Of a stretch of DNA of 64,000 bases, positions 56,200-64,000 are shown piece by piece. The position numbers and the translations under genes were made by a program. The notes under the pieces were generated by a model. It was not told the DNA's origin. It did not search any database and worked only from the letters and a program-made list of their open reading frames with translations. This DNA is from an uncultured Methanosarcinales archaeon (lineage in GTDB: Archaea > Nanobdellota > Nanobdellia > Woesearchaeales > JAGVZT01). Within the stretch, counting starts at the first letter, position 1. The number at the start of each line of letters is the position of its first letter. The stretch lies in assembly GCA_964419615.1 (NCBI GenBank), contig CAYQPU010000001.1:7857-71856 (forward strand). Reading direction: 5' to 3'.

Positions 56200-58953
56200 A
56201 TGGAAGATAATCAACTTTTAAGAGAGCGGAAAAGAAAATTAGCTGAGCTTAGAAAAAAAGGTATTGAGCCATATGCATATAATTTTGATAAACAGCATTT
56301 TGCTGATAAAATATTAAAAGAATATAATAAATATGAAGATAAGAAAGTAAGTGTTGCTGGAAGAGTTATGTCTATGAGGGATATGGGAAAGGTTAGATTT
56401 GCTCATATTAATGATTCTACTGCACAGATTCAATTGTATTTTAAAAAAGATATTATTGGCAGTGATAAGTATTCTGTGTTAAAGCTACTGGATATTGGAG
56501 ATATTATTGGATGCCAAGGAAAGGTGTTTAAGACAAACAAAGGTGAAGTGAGCATTGAGGTAAAAAGCTTTAGTCTGTTGACAAAATCTCTAAAACCTCT
56601 TCCTGAGAAATGGCATGGTATTAAGGATAAAGAACTTCAATATCGGCAAAGGTATGTTCATTTAATAATGAATCCTGATGAAAAACAAGTATTTGTGACC
56701 AGAGAAAAGATTATTGGTGGGATTAGGCAATACCTGTTGGATAGAGACTATGTTGAGGTTCAAACCCCAATCTTGCAACCTATGTATGGAGGTGCTTCAG
56801 CAAGACCTTTTGAAGCAAATCTACATGCTTTGAATATGCCTGTTTATATGAGAATTTCTAATGAGATGTATCTGAAAAGGCTTATTGTGAGCGGCTTTGA
56901 CAGAGTATTTGAGTTTTCAATTGATTTTAGAAATGAAGGAATTGATAAAAACCATAATCCTGAATTTTTATTGTTTGAAGCAATGACTGCATATACAGAC
57001 TATTTTGACGGTATGAAATTGATTGAGGATATTACTGAGCATGTTGTTAAGAAAGTTAAAGGTACAACAAAAGTTAATTATCAGGGAAAAGTTATTGATT
57101 TTAAGGTTCCCTGGACCCGAATTTCTGTTAGAGAGTCTATTTTAAAATATGCTAAAATTGATATTGAAAAAGTAGACGATAATGAGCTAAAAAAGATTTT
57201 GGATAAAAACAAGATCCAACTAAAAGGGCAATACACTCGAGGAAATGCAATTTTGGCTTTGGTTGATGAATTTTGTGAACAGCATTTTGTACAGCCAACA
57301 ATTCTTTATGATTATCCAAGGGAAACTTCTCCACTATCAAAACCAAAAAGAGATGACCCAAAATATACCGAGAGATTTGAGCAGTTTGTAAACTGTTCTG
57401 AATTAGGAAATAATTATACAGAGGTTACCAATCCTCAAATTCTCAGAGAGAATTGGGAAAATGAAGAGGATGCATTGAGTAAAGGAGATTATGAGGCAAT
57501 GAGAATGGACTATGATTACCTTAATGCTCTTGAAGTTGGAATGCCTCCAGTTTGTGGGATTGCAATTGGTATTGACAGATTGATAATGATTCTTACTGAC
57601 AAAATATCTATTAGAGATGTTATTTTGTTTCCATTTATGAAACCATTGGACATGCCAAAGCCGCAGCTTCAGACTGTCCAGCTTAAAGATATATCCGGGA
57701 GTAAAGTTATTGTAACAAAGGGAGCTCAAGATCTGGGTTTAAAAACAGCTTATGCAATAATTGATGGAGTTAATGTTAAGTCCAAACATGAAGAGTTGGA
57801 AAAACAAAAAAAGAAAGCTGGTATTCTAAAGGCAGATACAGGGAAGTTAAATGGTATGCAAGAAGCTTATAGATCATTTGGTATTGATCCAACTAAGAGG
57901 ATCCCTAGTGCAGAAGCTTTGATAAAAAGAGTTGAACAAGGAAAAGGGATATACAAAGTAAATACGTTAGTAGATGCTTATAATCTTTCTTCTATTAGAG
58001 AAAGTTTACCAATGGCTGCTTATGATTTAGTCAAAGTTAACTGGCCAATCAAATTAAGAGAGGCTAAAGAAGGCGAAGAAATAACTATTATTGGTGGGGA
58101 TAAAAAGAAAACAAAACAAGGAGAGATTATTTATGCTGATGAATCAAGAGTGTTATGTTTAGATTTTAATTATAGAGACTGTGATTTTACTAAGATCACA
58201 AATAAAACTAAGCAAGTTATTGTTTTTGTTGATGGATGCATTGGAGTTAGTGATGATGAATTATTGCAATCTCTTGATAACACGTGTGATTTAATTACTC
58301 AGTTTAATGGTGGGGAGGTTGTTGAGAAATGTATTGCAGGAAGAGAAGCTTTATCTGAAAAAACTTCCTTGTCAAAACCTCCACTTACAAGAGAGCAAGC
58401 ATGGGCACTTATTAAAAAGTACAATAAGCATGAACCAGATACTTATCATTTTCTTGAAAGTGAAGCAATAATGAAGGCTTTGGCTGAAAAGCTAGGTGAA
58501 GATGTTGATGCTTGGGGAATGCTTGGTTTATTACATGATGTTGATTGGGGTTTGACTAAAGATAATGTGAGTGAGCATACAGTTAAGTCTATTGAGATTC
58601 TAAAGGAAGCTGGATTTAAGGAAGATTTTATTGAAGCTGTTGCATCCCATAATTATGGCTGGCCAGGTGGACAGTGGGCAGATAAGAAGAGAACAAAAAA
58701 AGTTCATTTTGCCCTTGCTTGTGCAGAAACCCTAACTGGATTAATACATACTTATGCTTTGATGAGAAAGGATAAAATACAAGGCATGAAAGCAAAGGGT
58801 CTAAAAAAGAAGTTTAAGGACAAGAGCTTTGCAGCTAAGGTAAATAGAAATATCATCAGAGAATGTGAAAAGATTGGTCTGAGTATGGATGAATTTTTTA
58901 ATCTAGCAATTGATGCTGTACGCAAGATTGCAGACCAAGTAAAGCTTAAATAG
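56200..58953 (+). CDS. lysS: Class II lysyl-tRNA synthetase fused to C-terminal B3/4-like and HD domains
   Basis: Class II motif 2 IDFRNEGIDKNHNPEFLLFEAMTAY and motif 3 GIAIGIDRLIMIL; then B3/4-like block (VNTLVDAYNLSSIRESLPMAAYDL...VLCLDFNYRDCDFTKI...VFVDGC); then HD motif (GLLHDVDWG ... H..Y). Confidence 0.8.
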   Translation: MEDNQLLRERKRKLAELRKKGIEPYAYNFDKQHFADKILKEYNKYEDKKVSVAGRVMSMRDMGKVRFAHINDSTAQIQLYFKKDIIGSDKYSVLKLLDIGDIIGCQGKVFKTNKGEVSIEVKSFSLLTKSLKPLPEKWHGIKDKELQYRQRYVHLIMNPDEKQVFVTREKIIGGIRQYLLDRDYVEVQTPILQPMYGGASARPFEANLHALNMPVYMRISNEMYLKRLIVSGFDRVFEFSIDFRNEGIDKNHNPEFLLFEAMTAYTDYFDGMKLIEDITEHVVKKVKGTTKVNYQGKVIDFKVPWTRISVRESILKYAKIDIEKVDDNELKKILDKNKIQLKGQYTRGNAILALVDEFCEQHFVQPTILYDYPRETSPLSKPKRDDPKYTERFEQFVNCSELGNNYTEVTNPQILRENWENEEDALSKGDYEAMRMDYDYLNALEVGMPPVCGIAIGIDRLIMILTDKISIRDVILFPFMKPLDMPKPQLQTVQLKDISGSKVIVTKGAQDLGLKTAYAIIDGVNVKSKHEELEKQKKKAGILKADTGKLNGMQEAYRSFGIDPTKRIPSAEALIKRVEQGKGIYKVNTLVDAYNLSSIRESLPMAAYDLVKVNWPIKLREAKEGEEITIIGGDKKKTKQGEIIYADESRVLCLDFNYRDCDFTKITNKTKQVIVFVDGCIGVSDDELLQSLDNTCDLITQFNGGEVVEKCIAGREALSEKTSLSKPPLTREQAWALIKKYNKHEPDTYHFLESEAIMKALAEKLGEDVDAWGMLGLLHDVDWGLTKDNVSEHTVKSIEILKEAGFKEDFIEAVASHNYGWPGGQWADKKRTKKVHFALACAETLTGLIHTYALMRKDKIQGMKAKGLKKKFKDKSFAAKVNRNIIRECEKIGLSMDEFFNLAIDAVRKIADQVKLK

Positions 58954-58958
58954 TTTTA

Positions 58959-60962
58959 TTATACTTTTCCTTTTATTTTTTCTTTAAGATTTACTATCTT
59001 GTTAAAGACTTCTTCTTTTTTCTTTTTTGGTAAAAGTGTGTATAACTCATTTATACTCAAATACAGAACATGAGCTCTTTTATAGTCCCTTATATTTACC
59101 ACTTCTGTTGCTTCATCCAAAAGCATGTCAATTTTTTTGACTGGATCTAGTTTTTTATCAGTTGTGTCAGCTACTTTAGCTATATTTTTTGGAGCAATTC
59201 TTAGGACATATTTTTTAATGATGTGTTTTTTGATAATTGTATTAAGCAAGACTATTAGTACAGCAAAGAATGCTACATAAGCTACTAACAAAATCAAAGC
59301 TGAAACCTGGCTTACAAAGTAACTTTCTGAGATTATTGCTGGAAGCTTGGCATTAAATAGTATGCTTCTTCTAAGCAAGAATTGACTAATCACAAAAGGA
59401 TTAAATCTAGCAATATCAATGAAATGCAAAGGCATTGATTCCAAAGGTAATATTACATCTGACAAGAACAAACTGATACTTGTGAAAGATATGGCTGCGA
59501 GTGTTCCTGTTTCAGCTGAATTAAATGCCACACCAATCAGTATTCCTATTAATGAGAATAAGATCGTGATCATGAGCAATATGATGCTTGTTGGTAGAAT
59601 GTTTGTTAGAACATTTACATCAAATACAAAGTATGATATGCTTAATATTAAGATTAATTGAAGTACAACAAGGATTAGCGTGCTTAATAGATTTGCCACA
59701 AGATATAGTATGTCAGGATTTGGAACAATTAGATTTCTAAAGTATGCTTTAGAACGTTTTTCCATCATAACTATTGTGGATGAGAATAAAATTGATACTA
59801 GCATCACAACTAGTGCAACTATGCTTGGGAACATGTAGTTTAGATAGGTTTGAGATACAACTTCCTCTTTTGTTGTTTTGATAGGACTTACAATGGTCTC
59901 AGTTTCTGTTATTTGAATTTGATCAATATCTTTTTTGATGTCTTCCAATCCAGATTTTACAGCCATTAACTTGTTTAAACTGTCTTCAAGATCTTTAGTG
60001 CTATCACTAATTCCTCTTGTAACCTCGGTTTTCTTATTCGATGCAGATTTTAGTTTGTCCTTTGTTGAGGCAAGTTCAGTTTCAATATTGTCTACTGCTG
60101 ATTTTAATGAACCAATTGTTTCACTGTTCAAGTCTTCCAATTCTTCCTGAATGTCCTCTAGATTGTCTTCCAGGTCTTCAACATCAGATTCTGTTGAGGT
60201 TCCATTTAAGGTAGAGTCTCCTATATCATCAATAATATCATCCACAAGATCAAGGCTTTCGTTTAATAACTCATTTAAACTGCTGTTTGAGGCAAGTACT
60301 GAAGAACTTAGTGTTGTTTCAACTTTTCTTAGGTCGCTGATTTTATAGTTTTCTTCATTGATGTCAAAATCCATTTCCCCAAGATTTCCTTTCATTTTAG
60401 CCTGGGTTAATTGAACTCTATCATTAATTTCAACAAGTTCAGTGAATTTTGGATTTTGTTCATCTATAGTTGTTTTTGTGTTATCAAGTGTGTTTAGAAT
60501 GACTGTTGTGAGTTCTGCACTTATTTCTTGAGTTCTAGAAGCAACTTTTGTAGAGATCATATCAATAACACTATCTGCAAGATTCATTCTAGATGGATCA
60601 ACATAGAATTTTATTTCATTACTGACATCGGGTTTACCTGCTTCTGCAATTTCAAAGTTTTTGGGAAAGGACATGCAGATATTTACTATTCCTTGCCTTA
60701 GATTGTCCTGACATATTAATTCAGTATCTGTTTTTAATATTCTAAATTGAGATTCTTCAAGTTTGGCAACAAATGAGTTAACTAGATCGTTGTATTCAGG
60801 AGAGTATACACCGATGTTGATGCTATAATTAGAGGCATTATTAAAAGCTAGTCCAACAAGTAATGTTATTATTAAAGGCCCAAATACTGTTATCAGTGCA
60901 GATACTTTGGATCGGATTATTAATCTAAAGTTCTTGGTTATTACTCTAATCAGTTTGTTCAT
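58959..60962 (-). CDS. ABC-2/YhgE-type transporter permease with large coiled-coil extracytoplasmic loop
   Basis: N-terminal TM, about 350-aa charged helical region, 5 C-terminal TM helices. Confidence 0.7.
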   Translation of the reverse strand: MNKLIRVITKNFRLIIRSKVSALITVFGPLIITLLVGLAFNNASNYSINIGVYSPEYNDLVNSFVAKLEESQFRILKTDTELICQDNLRQGIVNICMSFPKNFEIAEAGKPDVSNEIKFYVDPSRMNLADSVIDMISTKVASRTQEISAELTTVILNTLDNTKTTIDEQNPKFTELVEINDRVQLTQAKMKGNLGEMDFDINEENYKISDLRKVETTLSSSVLASNSSLNELLNESLDLVDDIIDDIGDSTLNGTSTESDVEDLEDNLEDIQEELEDLNSETIGSLKSAVDNIETELASTKDKLKSASNKKTEVTRGISDSTKDLEDSLNKLMAVKSGLEDIKKDIDQIQITETETIVSPIKTTKEEVVSQTYLNYMFPSIVALVVMLVSILFSSTIVMMEKRSKAYFRNLIVPNPDILYLVANLLSTLILVVLQLILILSISYFVFDVNVLTNILPTSIILLMITILFSLIGILIGVAFNSAETGTLAAISFTSISLFLSDVILPLESMPLHFIDIARFNPFVISQFLLRRSILFNAKLPAIISESYFVSQVSALILLVAYVAFFAVLIVLLNTIIKKHIIKKYVLRIAPKNIAKVADTTDKKLDPVKKIDMLLDEATEVVNIRDYKRAHVLYLSINELYTLLPKKKKEEVFNKIVNLKEKIKGKV

Positions 60963-61959
60963 TTTTCCCTTTTATGAGTGATTCAAATACCTCTATTAAT
61001 GACGGTTTTGCTACCTCAATGTCTATTATGTGTTCTTTTTGTTTTTCAAGTATGTGCAATATCTCATGAAGCACCTTTATTGAGTCTGGTGTATAGATTA
61101 TCAGTTTGTGACCCTCATTTTTAACTTCTTTAACTACTGTTTTTTTGGATTTACTTAATTTTTTAATAATTTGGCCATATTTTCCAGGATATGTCTGAAT
61201 ATGAATTTCTTCATTTTTTGTGTACATGCTTTTTATTTGATCTGGAGTTCCAACTGTACCTAGCTGTTTTTTATGTAGAATTCCAATTCTAGTACAAAGA
61301 CTTTCCATATCTTTCAAAAAGTGAGATGCGATAATTATTGTGGTTCCCTGGCGGTTAATCCTCTTGATTAACTCAATCATTTGAGTTCTAAGCAAAGGAT
61401 CAAGATCAGAAGTTGGTTCATCTAGAATTAGAACGTCTGGATTATGCACAAGTGCACAAGCAATGTCCAATCTTTTGAGCATGCCACCAGATAATTGTCC
61501 AGCTAGGGATTTTTTGCAATGGTCAAGTCCAACTAGCTCCAAGACTTCTGACATGTTTTTTTCTCTAATTTCCTTTTTTATTCCATACATTGAGCTAAAA
61601 TATCTTAGATTTTCATCAACAGTTAATTTAGTGTAAACAGAGGGGTCTTGGGCAGCAAAACCAAATATTTTTCTAACTCTTAATTGATTACTTTCAACAT
61701 ATTTGTATTCTGTTTTTGGCTGGGTTTCTTTGCCTTTTTTCTTTTTTTTCTCTTCTAAAAACCGGTATTCAATCTTACCTGTTGATGGTTCAATAACACC
61801 ACCTAGCATGTTTAGAAATGTTGTTTTTCCACTTCCACTTAAACCCACTATTCCAAAGATTTCCTCTTTATTTATGTCCAAATTCACATTATTGAGAACT
61901 AATAGTTTTCCAAAAATTATAGTAAGGTTTCTAACTCTAATCAAGGCATCTTTAGCCAT
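60946..61959 (-). CDS. ABC transporter ATP-binding protein (with K-rich insertion)
   Basis: GLSGSGKTT, LSGGMLKRLDIA, ILDEPTSDLD; insertion EEKKKKKGKETQPKTEYKY. Confidence 0.85.
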   Translation of the reverse strand: MAKDALIRVRNLTIIFGKLLVLNNVNLDINKEEIFGIVGLSGSGKTTFLNMLGGVIEPSTGKIEYRFLEEKKKKKGKETQPKTEYKYVESNQLRVRKIFGFAAQDPSVYTKLTVDENLRYFSSMYGIKKEIREKNMSEVLELVGLDHCKKSLAGQLSGGMLKRLDIACALVHNPDVLILDEPTSDLDPLLRTQMIELIKRINRQGTTIIIASHFLKDMESLCTRIGILHKKQLGTVGTPDQIKSMYTKNEEIHIQTYPGKYGQIIKKLSKSKKTVVKEVKNEGHKLIIYTPDSIKVLHEILHILEKQKEHIIDIEVAKPSLIEVFESLIKGKNEQTD

Positions 61960-62017
61960 AGAGCTTTTTATTTATTATTAATTATTAAATTTAACGCTAT
62001 CATTTAACAGTGGGTAC

Positions 62018-62599
62018 TTACTTTTTTAGTTTTACATATATGAAATCAATCAAAAGATACAATACTACAACTAATACTGCTCCTGCTAAGAAATAGACAG
62101 CATAGTTTGGATTAGATACCTGGATTTCTGAAGCTAGGGGAGCTGCAGCAAGTTCTCTTGCACCTTCTAGCATTACATCTGCAGCCATAGCTTTTGGGGC
62201 TGCAAAAGTTTTATTCTGGTATGTTTGCAACATGGCTGCTGTCAAGGCTGTGAGTGTTATTGCTGGTAGAATAGATTTTAGTTTTTGCTTGATTCTTGGA
62301 ACCTTACCAGGCGTTATTATTATGTATTTGTTAGCAATAGAATAATGGTTTACTTCTTTTCCTTTTTTACTATAGTGATATTCATCAGCTAAGACTAGTT
62401 TTGCTTTCAGCAGATGTTTTATGTTGTAGTGAACTGTTGAAAGAGGGATGTCTAGCTTTTTTGCAAGCTCTGTTTCTGTGGCTTTTTTCTTGCTTAAATA
62501 ATCAAGAATTTTCCTGGATGTTTCATTGCTAATAACTTGAGCCAGTTTTTTTGATTTGCTATCGCTTAAAGACATTAGCAAGAATGATTCTTCTGCCAT
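62018..62599 (-). CDS. ArsR-like wHTH regulator with C-terminal transmembrane helix
   Basis: SRKILDYLSKKKATETELAKKLDIPLSTVHYNIKHLLKAKLV plus C-terminal hydrophobic segment. Confidence 0.6.
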   Translation of the reverse strand: MAEESFLLMSLSDSKSKKLAQVISNETSRKILDYLSKKKATETELAKKLDIPLSTVHYNIKHLLKAKLVLADEYHYSKKGKEVNHYSIANKYIIITPGKVPRIKQKLKSILPAITLTALTAAMLQTYQNKTFAAPKAMAADVMLEGARELAAAPLASEIQVSNPNYAVYFLAGAVLVVVLYLLIDFIYVKLKK

Positions 62600-62680
62600 A
62601 ATATACTAGAACAAGGTTTAGTATTTAAATATTAAGTTAACTGCAATGCGGATTAAAGTGATCAACACAATGATCTTAAT

Positions 62681-63985
62681 CTACAAATACTTTACAAGAT
62701 AGTAATCAACGATATCTTCTGGCCAGCCTGCATCTAGTAAGGCCTTTTTAACAAATTCTCGACTAATCCCTCTTGATTTACAATTTTTAACAAAATTCTC
62801 AAGATCAGTATGATGATGTTCTTTAGTAATACTTTTTGTTTTTTGTTTTTGGTGGGAGATGTATTTTTCTATGTTTTTCATAGAATTCATATGATCATAT
62901 TTTTTGTAACCTATGATTGCTCCAACAAATGCACTGATTACTACAAGGAAGATTATTATCACAAATATTTTGCTTATTTCTTTTTTGTGTGTTTGAGGTG
63001 CTTCCTGTTCGGGCTCTGCATTTGGCTCTTGCTCTACAGGTTCTTGGATAACCTCAATTTCTTCTTGTTCTGATTCCGCTTCTGTTTGCCGCACCTGAGG
63101 TGTGATTGAAACGATTGCAAATTTGCTAAATGAAACACTTGTTGCCTGGTACTGATAATAACCAGATCTTTGACCAATTAATTCAGTTGGAAGTTGGATC
63201 CATTTAGTTGTATATTTGTACAGTTTTATGTGTGATGCTGAACTTGAATTAGCTGTAATCCAAGATCTTGGTACTTTGAATTTGATAGATACTGATTCAT
63301 AGTCTGTATCTTCAATATCTTTCTCAGATATTTCAAGGATTTTGTATAGAGTGCTGTTTGAGACTATTGTTTCAGTATCTTTCAATGATTCAACAGTTAG
63401 TTCAACACTACTTGTGTTTTTGTTTAATACAAATGTTAAGTTTGTGAATGCAATCTCATCATTATTAATACTCATGATGTTTTCTGTGCTAGATTTAACA
63501 TCTATCCATTTTTTGGATGCACTTGGATTTGGCACTGTTGTTATTGAACCGCCTCCACCTCCACCACCTTCTGAACTTCCAGCTGCATTTATTGTGAAAT
63601 TGTGAGTAAATTCTCCACTTATTCTATTGGATCTGTCAATACATTTTATGTAGTATGTTTGTGCTCCGTTTGATAGACCTCCAACATAGACTGTATGACT
63701 TAAACCAGGTTCATCAAATGTACCGTTCATGTCATAGTAATTTGTTCCATTTGTCATATAGTATCTACAAGCTGCCCATTCACTTGTGGTTAGTCTAAGA
63801 CTTGTTGATGTATCATATACTGTACCCTGTGGTTGCCATTCAGTGATATTTGGAGGAGAGATGTCTGATGATAGGTTTAGTGGAGTTTTGGTTAATAACT
63901 CCACACCACCTATTGTTGTGTTGATAGATACATCAGGGAGAGATATGTTATACGACAGATTGTAGTTAGAGGTGTTGTACGTCAA
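62681..63985 (-). CDS. Cell-surface protein (Gly-run, acidic linker, TM anchor, small cytoplasmic tail); 5' end may extend past window
   Basis: N-glycosylation-sequon-rich ectodomain, GGGGGGGS, TM near C-terminus. Confidence 0.5.
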   Translation of the reverse strand: MTYNTSNYNLSYNISLPDVSINTTIGGVELLTKTPLNLSSDISPPNITEWQPQGTVYDTSTSLRLTTSEWAACRYYMTNGTNYYDMNGTFDEPGLSHTVYVGGLSNGAQTYYIKCIDRSNRISGEFTHNFTINAAGSSEGGGGGGGSITTVPNPSASKKWIDVKSSTENIMSINNDEIAFTNLTFVLNKNTSSVELTVESLKDTETIVSNSTLYKILEISEKDIEDTDYESVSIKFKVPRSWITANSSSASHIKLYKYTTKWIQLPTELIGQRSGYYQYQATSVSFSKFAIVSITPQVRQTEAESEQEEIEVIQEPVEQEPNAEPEQEAPQTHKKEISKIFVIIIFLVVISAFVGAIIGYKKYDHMNSMKNIEKYISHQKQKTKSITKEHHHTDLENFVKNCKSRGISREFVKKALLDAGWPEDIVDYYLVKYL

Positions 63986-64000
63986 ATTCAGTATAGCATA

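Overview
The window is from an AT-rich archaeal chromosome and begins inside an rRNA operon, with housekeeping genes, an accessory-looking stretch and several decayed loci downstream.

rRNA operon (1-4818):
- 16S 3' end at 1-736.
- tRNA-Ala(TGC) carrying two introns at 879-1004.
- 23S at about 1141-4818, interrupted by an intron of about 720 bp that encodes a single-motif LAGLIDADG homing endonuclease.

Accessory-looking stretch (about 4.8-13.5 kb):
- A Bro-N/DinD-like gene bracketed by an imperfect duplication of the 23S 3' terminus plus trailer.
- Three consecutive orphan genes (6084-8778) converging on an operon of three membrane proteins, two of which share a paralogous N-terminal transmembrane module.
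- A 172-bp GC-rich structured insertion flanked by perfect 17-bp direct repeats, clipping the 3' end of a small ORF.
- An MNT-HepT (nucleotidyltransferase/HEPN) toxin-antitoxin pair.

Housekeeping and accessory genes in the rest of the window:
- ABCE1, an SPFH/band-7 protein, and secreted lamin-tail-domain (LTD) and transglutaminase-like proteins.
- An oxidative-stress cluster on the minus strand: SOD, 2Fe-2S ferredoxin, peroxiredoxin, ferritin, glutaredoxin, thioredoxin reductase and a DUF1858 protein.
- Orc1/Cdc6 and acylphosphatase.
- A YrdC/Sua5-family protein and two metallophosphoesterase paralogs.
- An archease-RtcB operon, D-Tyr-tRNA(Tyr) deacylase DtdA, a B12-binding radical SAM protein, a subtilase, CutA and a HIT-family protein.
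- A complete LysW-type lysine/arginine biosynthesis operon. It includes a 53-aa lysW that the ORF track missed and a GATase-II/Ntn-hydrolase-like gene where LysK would be expected.
- A tandem pair of paralogous archaeal P-loop ATPases, one ending in a poly-lysine tail.
- An EamA transporter, an ABC-2 transporter, and a class II lysyl-tRNA synthetase fused to C-terminal B3/4 and HD domains.

Decay signatures:
- A 3'-truncated Dph2 (diphthamide synthase) fragment.
- A frameshifted small ORF just upstream of it.
- Two conflicting partial ORFs at 15.55-16.02 kb.
- A 575-bp gene-free, structured region downstream of orc1.

No CRISPR array and no integrase were found.
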